Assembly (NCBI GenBank): GCA_963674745.2
Contig: CAXXDV010000003.1
Location: forward strand, 224,001 to 288,000
From: Desulfosudaceae bacterium
GTDB lineage: Bacteria; Desulfobacterota; Desulfobacteria; Desulfobacterales; Desulfosudaceae
Length of the DNA: 64,000 nucleotides
Direction of reading: 5' to 3'
Shown piece by piece: positions 17,055 to 26,668 of the stretch. Position numbers and translations under genes: made by a program. The first letter of the stretch is position 1, and each line of letters starts with the position of its first letter. The notes below the pieces were generated by a model. The model worked only from the letters and a program-made list of their open reading frames with translations. It ran no database searches and was not told the origin of the DNA.

Positions 17055-19028
17055 ATGAGCGAACGAAAAGATCAGACCGTATACCTTCATCTGGGAACGT
17101 ATAAAACCGCCACTACTTTTCTGCAGCGCGTTTTGTGGAAGTCATACGATAATCCCGGCGGCGATATTTATTATCCCCGGGCCGGCATTTACGGAAACGC
17201 CCATCATTACCTGACAACAGAAAGTTTTCCGGGTTGGACCAACGGCGTGACGCCGGAAGAATACGAGCAGGCCTGGAAGCATTTGCTGGCGGATATCAGC
17301 GGGAGTAAGGCCGCATCTATTGTTATCAGCTCTGAGATGTTCTGCTCGCTCTCTTTGGCCCGGATACGTTATATAAGGGAGACGTTGCGCGACTACCCGG
17401 TGCGGGCGATTGTCTATTTAAGGCGCCAGGACCAATATATCTCTTCGATGGCGGCGCAAATGGTCAAAGGGTGTAACGGCAAACCTGAATACTACACGGA
17501 CTTGAACCGCGCCGTAAAATTCGTCCGGTCCGAAAAACAGTTTGATTATGAAATCATTTGTGACAAATGGGCATCAGTAATCGGGAAAGACAATCTGGTG
17601 GTGCGTCCTTTTGAGCGGAAGCAATTGCATAAAGAAGATATCCTGGCCGACTTTTTCCATTATCTGCTGGGCATGACTGTCCCTCAAAGCGCCGTTCTCC
17701 CGGAGCGAAACATAAATCCCCGGCTTTGTCGTGATGCCCTTGAATTCAAACAACTGGTTAATCGTCTGCCGACCGACAGGGATACCAAAATCGCCACCCT
17801 GCCCGGTCTTCTGGAATATTCACGGAAAATAGATTCCGGAACACAGAACATTTATCAGGAGCATGTGTTGCTGCCGCTGCCTGAGCGCCGGAAAATCCTT
17901 CACCAATGCGCGGACGGCAATGCTAATATTGCCCGCACCTATCTCGGACGGGAAGACGGTGTGTTGTTTATGGAACCGCTGAACGAACCGGTCGTTGAGT
18001 GGAAGCCATATCCCGGGTTAAATGTCGACACGATTGAGGCCATGGTCGGCTATCTGGGTGAGACCAATCCCGGTGTGGTAGAGCTTCTGGCGCGGGCGGC
18101 ATTGTCAGCTGACAAGAATGATGCCCAATTGCTGCCTCTGGTTAAAGTGTTAAAAAGATACGTGAATAAAAACAGGTCGATCGCTTCATTGATGCCGACA
18201 TCTTTGTTGCGTTCCCGCCCCATTCGTGTGCTGGGGCGATTTCTGGCCAAAACAAAGAAGGCTCCGGCGGTGGCGGCGCCTAAACACCAGCCGGAACAGG
18301 AAATCGCAAAACAGTTTGTCCCGGCCTTATTCCTGCATATCCGAAAGACAGGCGGTACCTCGATTGTCATGCAGGCCATGGACCACTATGGCTATGAGAA
18401 TGTGTGTGGTCATGGTGACTACATGGGCAAGCCGCCGCCGCATTTTAAAAATTTACCTTTTGTTTCCGGGCATTTCGGGTTTGATTACGCCAGGGAGTTG
18501 ATGCCCGGTCGGTTTTCGTTTACGTTTTTAAGGGATCCGGTCGAAAGGATTCTTTCCCTGTATTCTTTCTGCCGGGTTCAGGACCCGGAGGAATTCCCCA
18601 TCTACCGGGCGGCTTCGGATCATGACCTGGACGGATTTCTGCGGGCGGCTGAAGATGACGGCCTGGTCCGGGCTTATATCTGGAACAGCCAGGTCTGGTG
18701 CCTGGCCGCCGGACCCGGTTACGTTGAGACGCTGGAAACAGTGGCACAACCCGACGAAATGTTCAATCAGGCCCTTGAAAACATCAAACAGTTGTCGTTT
18801 GTCGGGATGATTGAGACCTTTGACGCGGACGCCGGATATATTATGCGGGCCTTGAACATGAACGCCGGCGAAAAAGTCAGAAAAGACAATGTCACCCGGG
18901 ACAGGATTTCGGTTGAAGGCCTTCCGGAAAAGACGTTGCAGCTGTTAGCGGACCTGACCGAATGGGACCGGAAACTTTACGACACCGTCCGGCGCAAAAG
19001 AGACCGGTTAGCATACCAGGCGGATTGA
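17055..19028 (+). CDS. Two-domain sulfotransferase-like protein
   Basis: N-domain YLHLGTYKTATT..ISSE..YLRRQD; C-domain FLHIRKTGGTS..FLRDPVERILSLY. Confidence 0.85.
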   Translation: MSERKDQTVYLHLGTYKTATTFLQRVLWKSYDNPGGDIYYPRAGIYGNAHHYLTTESFPGWTNGVTPEEYEQAWKHLLADISGSKAASIVISSEMFCSLSLARIRYIRETLRDYPVRAIVYLRRQDQYISSMAAQMVKGCNGKPEYYTDLNRAVKFVRSEKQFDYEIICDKWASVIGKDNLVVRPFERKQLHKEDILADFFHYLLGMTVPQSAVLPERNINPRLCRDALEFKQLVNRLPTDRDTKIATLPGLLEYSRKIDSGTQNIYQEHVLLPLPERRKILHQCADGNANIARTYLGREDGVLFMEPLNEPVVEWKPYPGLNVDTIEAMVGYLGETNPGVVELLARAALSADKNDAQLLPLVKVLKRYVNKNRSIASLMPTSLLRSRPIRVLGRFLAKTKKAPAVAAPKHQPEQEIAKQFVPALFLHIRKTGGTSIVMQAMDHYGYENVCGHGDYMGKPPPHFKNLPFVSGHFGFDYARELMPGRFSFTFLRDPVERILSLYSFCRVQDPEEFPIYRAASDHDLDGFLRAAEDDGLVRAYIWNSQVWCLAAGPGYVETLETVAQPDEMFNQALENIKQLSFVGMIETFDADAGYIMRALNMNAGEKVRKDNVTRDRISVEGLPEKTLQLLADLTEWDRKLYDTVRRKRDRLAYQAD

Positions 19029-19094
19029 CCAAAGCGCCGATAATCCGGATATCTTTCCCGGGTGAGTCACCTTGAACCCGAGTCCCTGGCAAAA

Positions 19095-19119
19095 GGGCAC
19101 CCACAGGGGGGTGCCCCTC
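19095..19119 (-). repeat. Single degenerate REP
   Basis: gggcacccacaggggggtgcccctc, matches the B-type half of the 2661 doublet. Confidence 0.75.
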
Positions 19120-19284
19120 ATTAATTACGTCCTGCGCCTTGCACGAGCGCCCAAATCAACATGTGAAATATGCGGGCTAAGGGGTTTTGCTTATTGCAAG
19201 TCCGGACATAAAACAATATAATGCGTTGAAATAATATAATATAGGTCGGCAATAAGATTAAAACGCCTGGCCAGGAGGTGGTTG

Positions 19285-20478
19285 ATGACAGACCTGTCTG
19301 AAAACAGCGGTTCTCCCCGCTATGTTTACAACAGCCAGAAAACATATCTGGATTTACTTGTAAAGTCCGTTTTGGGGCTGATTTATGAAGACCCGCCTTA
19401 TCCGCGTTTCGGGGATGAAGTGTTTAATCTGGATACCCGGCTAAAAGGCCTGGATTGGCCGACAAAGGCCCTTACCATGGTCGGCCTTAAACGGTTGATG
19501 AATGCCCGGCAACTGGCTGAAAATGTAATTTGGGAAAACGTGCCCGGCGATTTCCTCGAAGCCGGTGTCTGGCGGGGCGGCGTCGGTATCATGCTGCGGG
19601 GGGTTTTGTCGGCCTACGGTGTATCTGATCGTTGTTTATGGCTGGCCGACTCTTTTGAGGGGTTGCCACCGCCGGACAAAGACGCTTATCCGTCAGACAG
19701 TGCCTCCGAGTTTCACACCTGCCCGGAACTGGCGGTGAATATCGATCAGGTTAAAGGGAATTTTCGAAAATACGATCTGCTTGATGACCAGGTTGTATTT
19801 CTCAAAGGGTGGTTCAAGGACACCCTGCCTCAGGCGCCAATAGACAAGATCGCCCTGTTGCGCCTGGACGGGGACTTGTATGAATCAACCATGCAGGGCC
19901 TGGTTTCGTTATATGATAAAGTCAGTGACAACGGATATATCATTATTGACGATTATCATTGCGTGCCCCAGTGCGCCCAGGCGGTTGAGGACTTCTGCGC
20001 CAAAAGAAACATTTCCCCGGTCTTAAACGAAATCGACGGTGTCGGTGTCTATTGGCGCAAGCAATCCGCTTCGTCCGGATTGGCAGCGGATGCGTCCGGC
20101 GGCGATACAGGGGCGGCGGCAGACAGCGACGTGATGCAGCAGGACACGCATTATGTCAGAATCAATCAGGTCTTGAATAAGCGTTATGTCCAACTGGCTG
20201 AAAGGGATGCCATGATCGCCGAAAGAGATGCCCGACTGGCCGAAAAAGACGCCCTGATCGTGGAAAAGGACGTGGCGCAGGCGGAGTTGATCGCGGACCG
20301 TGACGAGCAGTTGGCCGAGCGTGATGCCCGGTTTGCGGAACAAAAAGCATTGCTGGCCGAACGTGACGTCAGCATACAGAATCTGGAGCATACCATTGAG
20401 TTGATGGAATACTCCAGGTCATGGCGTATTACCGCGCCATTGCGATATATCACAGGCCTGCTTTCCGGAAGAAAGTAA
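19285..20478 (+). CDS. TylF/MycF/NovP-family O-methyltransferase with C-terminal coiled coil
   Basis: TMVGLKRL, GDFLEAGVWRGG, DSFEGLP, KGWFKDTLP, LRLDGDLYEST; heptads (AERDAxx)n then SRSWRITAPLR. Confidence 0.92.
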   Translation: MTDLSENSGSPRYVYNSQKTYLDLLVKSVLGLIYEDPPYPRFGDEVFNLDTRLKGLDWPTKALTMVGLKRLMNARQLAENVIWENVPGDFLEAGVWRGGVGIMLRGVLSAYGVSDRCLWLADSFEGLPPPDKDAYPSDSASEFHTCPELAVNIDQVKGNFRKYDLLDDQVVFLKGWFKDTLPQAPIDKIALLRLDGDLYESTMQGLVSLYDKVSDNGYIIIDDYHCVPQCAQAVEDFCAKRNISPVLNEIDGVGVYWRKQSASSGLAADASGGDTGAAADSDVMQQDTHYVRINQVLNKRYVQLAERDAMIAERDARLAEKDALIVEKDVAQAELIADRDEQLAERDARFAEQKALLAERDVSIQNLEHTIELMEYSRSWRITAPLRYITGLLSGRK

Positions 20479-20483
20479 TAAAT

Positions 20484-21428
20484 TTGTGTGTCAGTGTCAT
20501 CATCGTCAATTATAACAGCGGCCGGCTGCTGGCACGATGCCTGAAGTGTCTTGCGCGGCAGACAGTGACGCCGCAACAGGTGATGGTTGTCGATAATGCC
20601 AGTACCGATGGCTCCTGTGATCTGATTGAAACGCTCGACGGGATGACGCTTGTCCGGGCGGAGACAAACCTGGGGTTTGCCGCGGGAAACAATCTGGCAC
20701 TGGCCCGGTGTAGCACCCCGTTTGTCGCGCTTTTAAATCCCGATGCCTTTCCCGAACCCGACTGGCTGGAATCACTCCTGGACGCGGCGGAGAAATATCC
20801 GCAATACGCCATGTTCGGCAGCCGCCTGGTGTCGGCGGAAAACCCCCGCCTGCTGGATGGTGACGGGGATTATTACCATGTCAGCGGTATTGTCTGGCGG
20901 GAAGGCCATATGCGGCCGGTTAAAGCGCCGTCAGCGCCTCGGGAGGTCTTTTCCCCGTGCGCGGCAGCGGCCTTGTATCGGACCGAAGCCGTTAGGGAAG
21001 CCGGCGGTTTTGACCCGGATTTTTTCTGCTACCTGGAAGACATTGACCTGGGTTTTCGTCTGCGCTTGAAGGGGTATCGTTGCCTGCAGGTGCCGCAGTC
21101 CGTGGTTTACCATATGGGGTCGGCCGTTACCGGGGGGAAACGGGGTGATTTTGCGGTATATTACGGTCATCGAAACCTGGTCTGGGTATATTTCAAAAAT
21201 ATGCCGTCGTATCTGTTCTGGCTGTTTTTACCGCTGCATGTTTTCATGAACCTGATCAGCCTCGGCCTTGCTTTTAAAAGAGGCCAGAGCAGGGTCATGG
21301 CGCGGGCCAAGTTCGACGCCGTTACCGGTATTCCCCGGGCCTGGCGGAAAAGAACCGGGATACAGGGAGACCGCAGGGTTTCCGCCATTAACCTTTTTAA
21401 AGTTATGGATAAACGCATTCTCCGCTGA
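20484..21428 (+). CDS. GT2 glycosyltransferase (rhamnosyltransferase-like)
   Basis: SVIIVNYN, VVDNASTDG, NLGFAAGNN, LLNPDA, FFCYLEDIDLGFR; start estimated at TTG 20484. Confidence 0.9.
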   Translation: MCVSVIIVNYNSGRLLARCLKCLARQTVTPQQVMVVDNASTDGSCDLIETLDGMTLVRAETNLGFAAGNNLALARCSTPFVALLNPDAFPEPDWLESLLDAAEKYPQYAMFGSRLVSAENPRLLDGDGDYYHVSGIVWREGHMRPVKAPSAPREVFSPCAAAALYRTEAVREAGGFDPDFFCYLEDIDLGFRLRLKGYRCLQVPQSVVYHMGSAVTGGKRGDFAVYYGHRNLVWVYFKNMPSYLFWLFLPLHVFMNLISLGLAFKRGQSRVMARAKFDAVTGIPRAWRKRTGIQGDRRVSAINLFKVMDKRILR

Positions 21429-21484
21429 CATGGGGTGTACGGAATCCGTGAACGGACATAAAATCCGGGAAAAGAACTGAAAAT

Positions 21485-22387
21485 ATGTCTCTGGTATCCA
21501 TTATTATCGTCAATTTTAATGCCGGGCAGGGGCTGGTCTCCTGCGTGTCTTCCATCATTGATGCGACCGATGGGGGCGAGATTATCGTGGTCGATAACAA
21601 TTCCGCGGATACCAGTATGGATGATCTTGTGGCCGCTTACGGCAGCGAAAAAAGACTGAAAATCATTCGCAACAATGCCAACCTGGGATTTTCAAAGGCC
21701 TGTAATATGGGCACCAGGGCGGCTTCCGGTGACTTTTTGCTGTACCTGAACCCGGACTGTCTTATCGAAAAACAGACAATTCCTGAACTGAAGGCTGTTT
21801 TTGAGCAACACCCGGATGCCGGCATGGCCGGCGGCCGGCTGCTGAATCCGGATGGATCGGAACAGGCCGGCAGCCGGCGGGATATCCCCACCCCCTGGCG
21901 GTCGTTCGTTCACCTGTCCGGTCTTGTATATTTTAGCAAGTTATTTCCCGGGGTGTTTTCGGGTTTTTTACGCCACCGTGAGTCCGTGCCGGAGGCCGAG
22001 ATTGAAGTCGAGGCGGTTTCCGGTGCCTGCATGATGGTGCCGCGAAAGATTATTGACGATGTCGGCGGATTTGATGAAGCCTATTTTCTGCACGTGGAAG
22101 ACCTTGACTGGTGCCTGAGGATACGGCAGAAAGAATGGAAAATATTTTTTGCACCCCGGGCCCGGGTGACGCATGCCAAGGGCGTGTGCAGCGCGCGGCG
22201 ACCGGTATTTGTTGAGTGGCACAAACACCTGGGGTTGACCCGGTTCTTCTGGAAGTTTTTCAGGCACCAGGGGTTTGGCCTGGTGTTGCCGGTGGCCGTG
22301 GCCGGCATCTGGAGTCATTTTCTGCTGGTAGCGGTGTTCCGGTTTGTGAAAAGAGGGTTGCCTATCGATGGCCCCTCGACTCCTTGA
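21485..22387 (+). CDS. GT2 glycosyltransferase (WbbL-like)
   Basis: SIIIVNFN, VDNNSAD, NLGFSKACN, LNPDC, YFLHVEDLDWC. Confidence 0.9.
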   Translation: MSLVSIIIVNFNAGQGLVSCVSSIIDATDGGEIIVVDNNSADTSMDDLVAAYGSEKRLKIIRNNANLGFSKACNMGTRAASGDFLLYLNPDCLIEKQTIPELKAVFEQHPDAGMAGGRLLNPDGSEQAGSRRDIPTPWRSFVHLSGLVYFSKLFPGVFSGFLRHRESVPEAEIEVEAVSGACMMVPRKIIDDVGGFDEAYFLHVEDLDWCLRIRQKEWKIFFAPRARVTHAKGVCSARRPVFVEWHKHLGLTRFFWKFFRHQGFGLVLPVAVAGIWSHFLLVAVFRFVKRGLPIDGPSTP

Positions 22388-22460
22388 ACCCTGGAACCCT
22401 GCGCGTCAATTGAATTTGGAAAGAACCTTAAAAAGAAAACATTAGACAGGTTAGAAAGAT

Positions 22461-23339
22461 ATGTCCGAAACAATCCTGGTGGCCGGAGGGACGGGTTTTA
22501 CCGGCAGTCACACGGTGCCGTTGCTGGCCCGCCGGGGTTACAAACTGCGTTGCCTGGTTCGACCGGACAGTGACACCCGGCACCTGGAAAGCATCGGGGT
22601 GGAACTGGTGCATGGCGATCTTGACGCCCCGGAAAGCCTGAGCCGGGCCTTTTCCAACGTTTCCGCTCTAATCAGTATGGTCGGCCTTCATACCGGGCAT
22701 GCCGTCCCGCTGGTGGATTTGGCGGTCGCAGGAAACATTAAAAGAGCCCTGTTTGTCAGCAGCACATCTGTTTTTACCCGGCCCGAAACAAAGACCAAAA
22801 TCAATCTGGTAAAAGCGGAAAAGCATATCCTTGCCAGCGGGCTGGACCATACAATTATCCGGCCGACCATGGTTTACGGCACCGATCAGGACGGCAATAT
22901 CAGCCGTTTGATCCAATATCTGGCCCGATGGCCGGTGCTGTTTATCCCCGGCCCCGGGACCTGTCTGGTGCAGCCGATCTTTGTGAAAGACGTGGCCGGG
23001 GCTATTGCCGATGCATTTCAGGCGTCCGTAGCTATCGGCAGAAGCTACAATATATCCGGTCGGGCGCCGTTGACTTTCAATGCCCTGGTGGATACGGTGT
23101 TATCCGTGCTGAAACGAAAAGTCGTCAAAGCCCATCTGCCGGTTTCACCGCTGGTCCGTGCCTGCAAATGGGGCGAATCCAGAGGGTTTCCGTTTTTTGT
23201 GCGGGCGGACCAGATTGAACGGCTGAACGAAGACAAGGCCTTTGCATATGATGAAGCGGCCAGGGATTTCCAGTTTTCGCCGGTTCCCTTTGAAACCGGT
23301 GTAAGACGCCAGATTGAATCCATGGACTTGGGGCTGTAA
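22461..23339 (+). CDS. Atypical NAD(P)-binding SDR (epimerase/dehydratase-like)
   Basis: GGTGFTG Rossmann motif, IIRPTMVYG, QPIFVKDVA. Confidence 0.85.
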   Translation: MSETILVAGGTGFTGSHTVPLLARRGYKLRCLVRPDSDTRHLESIGVELVHGDLDAPESLSRAFSNVSALISMVGLHTGHAVPLVDLAVAGNIKRALFVSSTSVFTRPETKTKINLVKAEKHILASGLDHTIIRPTMVYGTDQDGNISRLIQYLARWPVLFIPGPGTCLVQPIFVKDVAGAIADAFQASVAIGRSYNISGRAPLTFNALVDTVLSVLKRKVVKAHLPVSPLVRACKWGESRGFPFFVRADQIERLNEDKAFAYDEAARDFQFSPVPFETGVRRQIESMDLGL

Positions 23340-23510
23340 AAGCCTTTTTGGTTCGCAACTTGATGATTTCGGGCGGCTGCAAAACCCCTGGCTAAATTTC
23401 TCGAACTCGGGCTGACGCCCTCGAACAGCGAGAAATTTTTTACGCCAGGGCTTTTTCATCCTTTATCCCCGAAACCATCAAATGTTGCTCACCAAAAAGG
23501 ACTTTTACAG
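23334..23510. mobile_element. ~177-bp fold-back MITE-like element
   Basis: TIRs ctgtaaaagcctttttggt / accaaaaaggacttttacag, nested internal inverted repeats, no ORF; supplies the TAA of the upstream gene. Confidence 0.7.
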
Positions 23511-23634
23511 GGTGGGCGTACCTTTTGTGGAAGATAATGCGTTTATTTTGTGGCATTTTGTTGATTATCTTTCCAAACAAAGTTATCTAAATCAAAAGCA
23601 TGTCTCTTAGAACAAAAATGAGAGTAATATCCTC

Positions 23635-24618
23635 GTGATGGTCAACAACTTGTCAATATATGGCCTGGCGTTGGCGGCAGGTGGCGCCGGTGCTCTGGCC
23701 GTGGCGATTTTCGGGAAGAAGTGGGCCCTGCTGGATAAACCAAACGAACGCAGTTCCCATCAGCGGGCGGTTCCCAGGGGTGGTGGCATCGGGATTCTGG
23801 CCGCTTTTATCGTTTGTTCGTTGTTACTGTCCGTTCCTCCTGGTTTTTGGGTTCCGGCCGCTATCCTGGCGCTGGTCAGCTTCATTGGCGACCGGTTTGA
23901 GGTCAGTGTATCCATACGGCTGCTGGCCCAGTTTTTCATGGCTTTGTGCTTTCTTTATTTTGCCGGCGGGATCCATGTTAAAAGCTTCCCATGGGTGGTT
24001 TTACCGGTTTTTTATCTGTTGTTTATCGTGGGGACGGCCAATTTTTACAATTTCATGGACGGTATCAACGGTATTGCCGGTATCACGGGAATGGTCGCTT
24101 TTGGCCTGATGGGCGCATACGGCGTCTTAAACGGCAAGGACGCCGCCATGATTACCTTATGCCTTTGCCTGGTCTGGGCCTGTGTCGGCTTTCTGCCCTT
24201 TAACCTGCCGCGGGCCCGTGTGTTTCTGGGGGATGTCGGCAGTATTCTGATGGGATTTGTTTTTGCCTGCCTGGTGGTCAGGTGGGCCGCCTCGTTTTCC
24301 GAAATTCTTGTACTTTCCGGCTTCCTGTTCCTTTTTTATGCCGACGAGCTGGTCACGCTGGTCGAGCGGCTTTGCGACGGTGAATCTCCGACCCGGGCCC
24401 ATCGCCGGCATTTGTACCAGGTCCTGGCCAACGAAGGGGGGCTGGCACACTGGCGGGTAAGCACGGGATACGGGCTGGCACAGTTACTGATCGGGCTGGT
24501 TGTATGGAAGGTCGGTGATAGTGGCAGGCTTCCGCTTCTGGGGGTACTGATTCTGTTTCTGATTGTTTTTATTGTGGTCAATAACAAAATCAAAGATCGC
24601 TATTTACCGCGAGGGTGA
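23635..24618 (+). CDS. MraY/WecA-family undecaprenyl-phosphate HexNAc-1-P transferase (WbpL-like)
   Basis: DKPNERSSH..PRGGG, NFYNFMDGING, FLGDVGS, AHRRHLYQ. Confidence 0.92.
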   Translation: MMVNNLSIYGLALAAGGAGALAVAIFGKKWALLDKPNERSSHQRAVPRGGGIGILAAFIVCSLLLSVPPGFWVPAAILALVSFIGDRFEVSVSIRLLAQFFMALCFLYFAGGIHVKSFPWVVLPVFYLLFIVGTANFYNFMDGINGIAGITGMVAFGLMGAYGVLNGKDAAMITLCLCLVWACVGFLPFNLPRARVFLGDVGSILMGFVFACLVVRWAASFSEILVLSGFLFLFYADELVTLVERLCDGESPTRAHRRHLYQVLANEGGLAHWRVSTGYGLAQLLIGLVVWKVGDSGRLPLLGVLILFLIVFIVVNNKIKDRYLPRG

Positions 24619-24621
24619 TTT

Positions 24622-25419
24622 ATGGGGATAATACTTTCCAAGTTTGTTCCGGTTTTTCTGTTCCCGCTGGGCCTGAGCATTGTGCTGCTGGTTATCTGCC
24701 TGTTCGGTTTATGGGGGCTGAACTACAGACAAAGAAAAAAGAAAGTCGCTTTTCTGCTGGTTGTCTGCCTGGTCATACTGTGGACAGCCGGTTGCCCGCT
24801 GGTTGCGGACCGTCTGATGGCGTCTCTGGAAGGCCGCTATGTCTCAAAAGCGGTTTCGGCTTATCCCGGGGCGGGCACGATTGTCGTTTTAAGCGGCGGT
24901 GTGGCCGGACAGCAGACCGGTAGGCGGGCGGTCATTCCCGGGCGGGCCTTTGACCGGTTATATCTGGGTTATCAGCTTTATCAGGCCCAAAAGGCACCGC
25001 AGGTGATACTGTCCGGCGGCGGTGTTCTGTGGAAACGCAAATCCGGGGCCTTGTCCGAGTCCGAAAGAATGTTCGCCCTGGCCCGGCAACTGGGTGTGCC
25101 GCAAAAACATCTGGTCATCGAAAGCCACAGCCGGAATACCCGGGAAAATGCCTGGTTTTCAAAGGAAATCCTCCGGGACAGAGGCTGGGACAACAACGTC
25201 CTGCTGGTTACGTCGGCCTTTCACATGCCCCGGGCGCGGGCCTGTTTCGAAAAACTGGGCATGACGGTCATCCCCTGTCCCGCCGACTTTAAAGGGGATC
25301 CTTTTCACCTGCCGACCGGCCTTGACTACCTGCCCGATGCTGCGGCCCTGGAAAAGACGACCATTGTTTTGAAAGAGTATATCGGGTGGGTGTACTACCG
25401 GCTTCGCGGCTGGCTCTGA
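24622..25419 (+). CDS. YdcF/ElyC (DUF218) family protein
   Basis: IVVLSGG, ILSGG, ESHSRNTRENA, LVTSAFHMPRA, KEYIG. Confidence 0.9.
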   Translation: MGIILSKFVPVFLFPLGLSIVLLVICLFGLWGLNYRQRKKKVAFLLVVCLVILWTAGCPLVADRLMASLEGRYVSKAVSAYPGAGTIVVLSGGVAGQQTGRRAVIPGRAFDRLYLGYQLYQAQKAPQVILSGGGVLWKRKSGALSESERMFALARQLGVPQKHLVIESHSRNTRENAWFSKEILRDRGWDNNVLLVTSAFHMPRARACFEKLGMTVIPCPADFKGDPFHLPTGLDYLPDAAALEKTTIVLKEYIGWVYYRLRGWL

Positions 25420-25433
25420 TTATCTGCTTTTCT

Positions 25434-26666
25434 TTAATCGGCGGTGTGCCGTTTTTTTGAACGTCCGGGTCGGGCCAGGTTCCGGTCGATTTCCCTTAAC
25501 GGCAAGGGGCTTTTCAAGAACTTCTCTCCGATTTCATAGATCACCACATCCGGTTGGTATGTCTCGACAAGGTCCATTATCGGGTACCTGCTCAGTTCCG
25601 AATGACGGATGTGAATGACTTCCTTGATGATGCAGTGCAGATAAGGCGCGATAAAATTACTGAAAGAATCCCTGACCAGCAGCAACCGGCTGTCGGTGTC
25701 AAGGGCCGTGTTGATGATTCGTTGCGGTGCCATCCCCTGGCGCACGCGTATCTTTCTGGTGATCCGGACATCCTCGGGCGCTTTTTGTCCCAGGTGCCTT
25801 TCCAACGTCTGTTTGCGGGGCACGGAATTAAACCACGGCTGGTTGTCTTTTAGATAACAGGTTTGCGGATATTCCAGCCAGCCGTACAGGGTATTGTCTC
25901 CGGGCGTCTCATGGTAAGAGATGGCGTCAGTTAAAACAGCGCCCGGTATTTTCAATAATGTTTGCAAATGGGCGGCTGTTTCCTGGAAGGCGTAAAAACC
26001 ACCGACACTGTTCCAGTGTGTTCCGCCGGGAAAATACAATGCCTCCGGACCGGACTTTTTTTGCAGCAGTCGTGCGGTCGGATCGATAACAGTAACCTGT
26101 CGCCGCATGAGTCCTTCACGTATAAGGTCGCGTCGGGATGGCGCGTCAATCCCCCGCTGGGCCCAGTCCGGCAGCTTTTCAGGGTAAATCGTGTGCTTGT
26201 CCGGCGCTACCAGCAGCATAAAGGGAATGCCTTTGTCTGCCAGCGCGTCGCGCAGGGTCACGAAAAACCTGATCGCTTTTGGAATATCCCCACGACTTTC
26301 CCAGTCCAGTCTGCGGTGCTGGGTAAGTGCATCGCAGGACTGATCGCCTAAAAACAGCCAGCCGTCTTTGCCGATGGTTACCCGGTCGGGCTTGGCGGAA
26401 ACGCCCAGATCGGCATACAGCCGGGTCATCGCCTTGATCAGTTCAAAGCGAAAAATGACCCTGTCATTGAACCATTCCTCCAGGGCTTCTGATTCTTTGT
26501 CAAAACGGATGGAAAAAGTCGGTGCGGGTGCCGGTTTTCGGCGTTCGATGCGGGAGAAACGTTTCGTATCCGGCGCCTTGAACATGCCCAGCATGGGAAA
26601 CACCAGCACGATCAGGAGCCCCAAAATGCAGCATATATCAAATATGGAAGAATGGTTTTTGGGCAT
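25434..26666 (-). CDS. AlgJ/AlgX-like SGNH O-acetyltransferase
   Basis: IGKDGWLFL, APDKHTIYPE, THWN, RDSFS; downstream of the MBOAT gene. Confidence 0.82.
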   Translation of the reverse strand: MPKNHSSIFDICCILGLLIVLVFPMLGMFKAPDTKRFSRIERRKPAPAPTFSIRFDKESEALEEWFNDRVIFRFELIKAMTRLYADLGVSAKPDRVTIGKDGWLFLGDQSCDALTQHRRLDWESRGDIPKAIRFFVTLRDALADKGIPFMLLVAPDKHTIYPEKLPDWAQRGIDAPSRRDLIREGLMRRQVTVIDPTARLLQKKSGPEALYFPGGTHWNSVGGFYAFQETAAHLQTLLKIPGAVLTDAISYHETPGDNTLYGWLEYPQTCYLKDNQPWFNSVPRKQTLERHLGQKAPEDVRITRKIRVRQGMAPQRIINTALDTDSRLLLVRDSFSNFIAPYLHCIIKEVIHIRHSELSRYPIMDLVETYQPDVVIYEIGEKFLKSPLPLREIDRNLARPGRSKKRHTAD

Positions 26667-26668
26667 GG

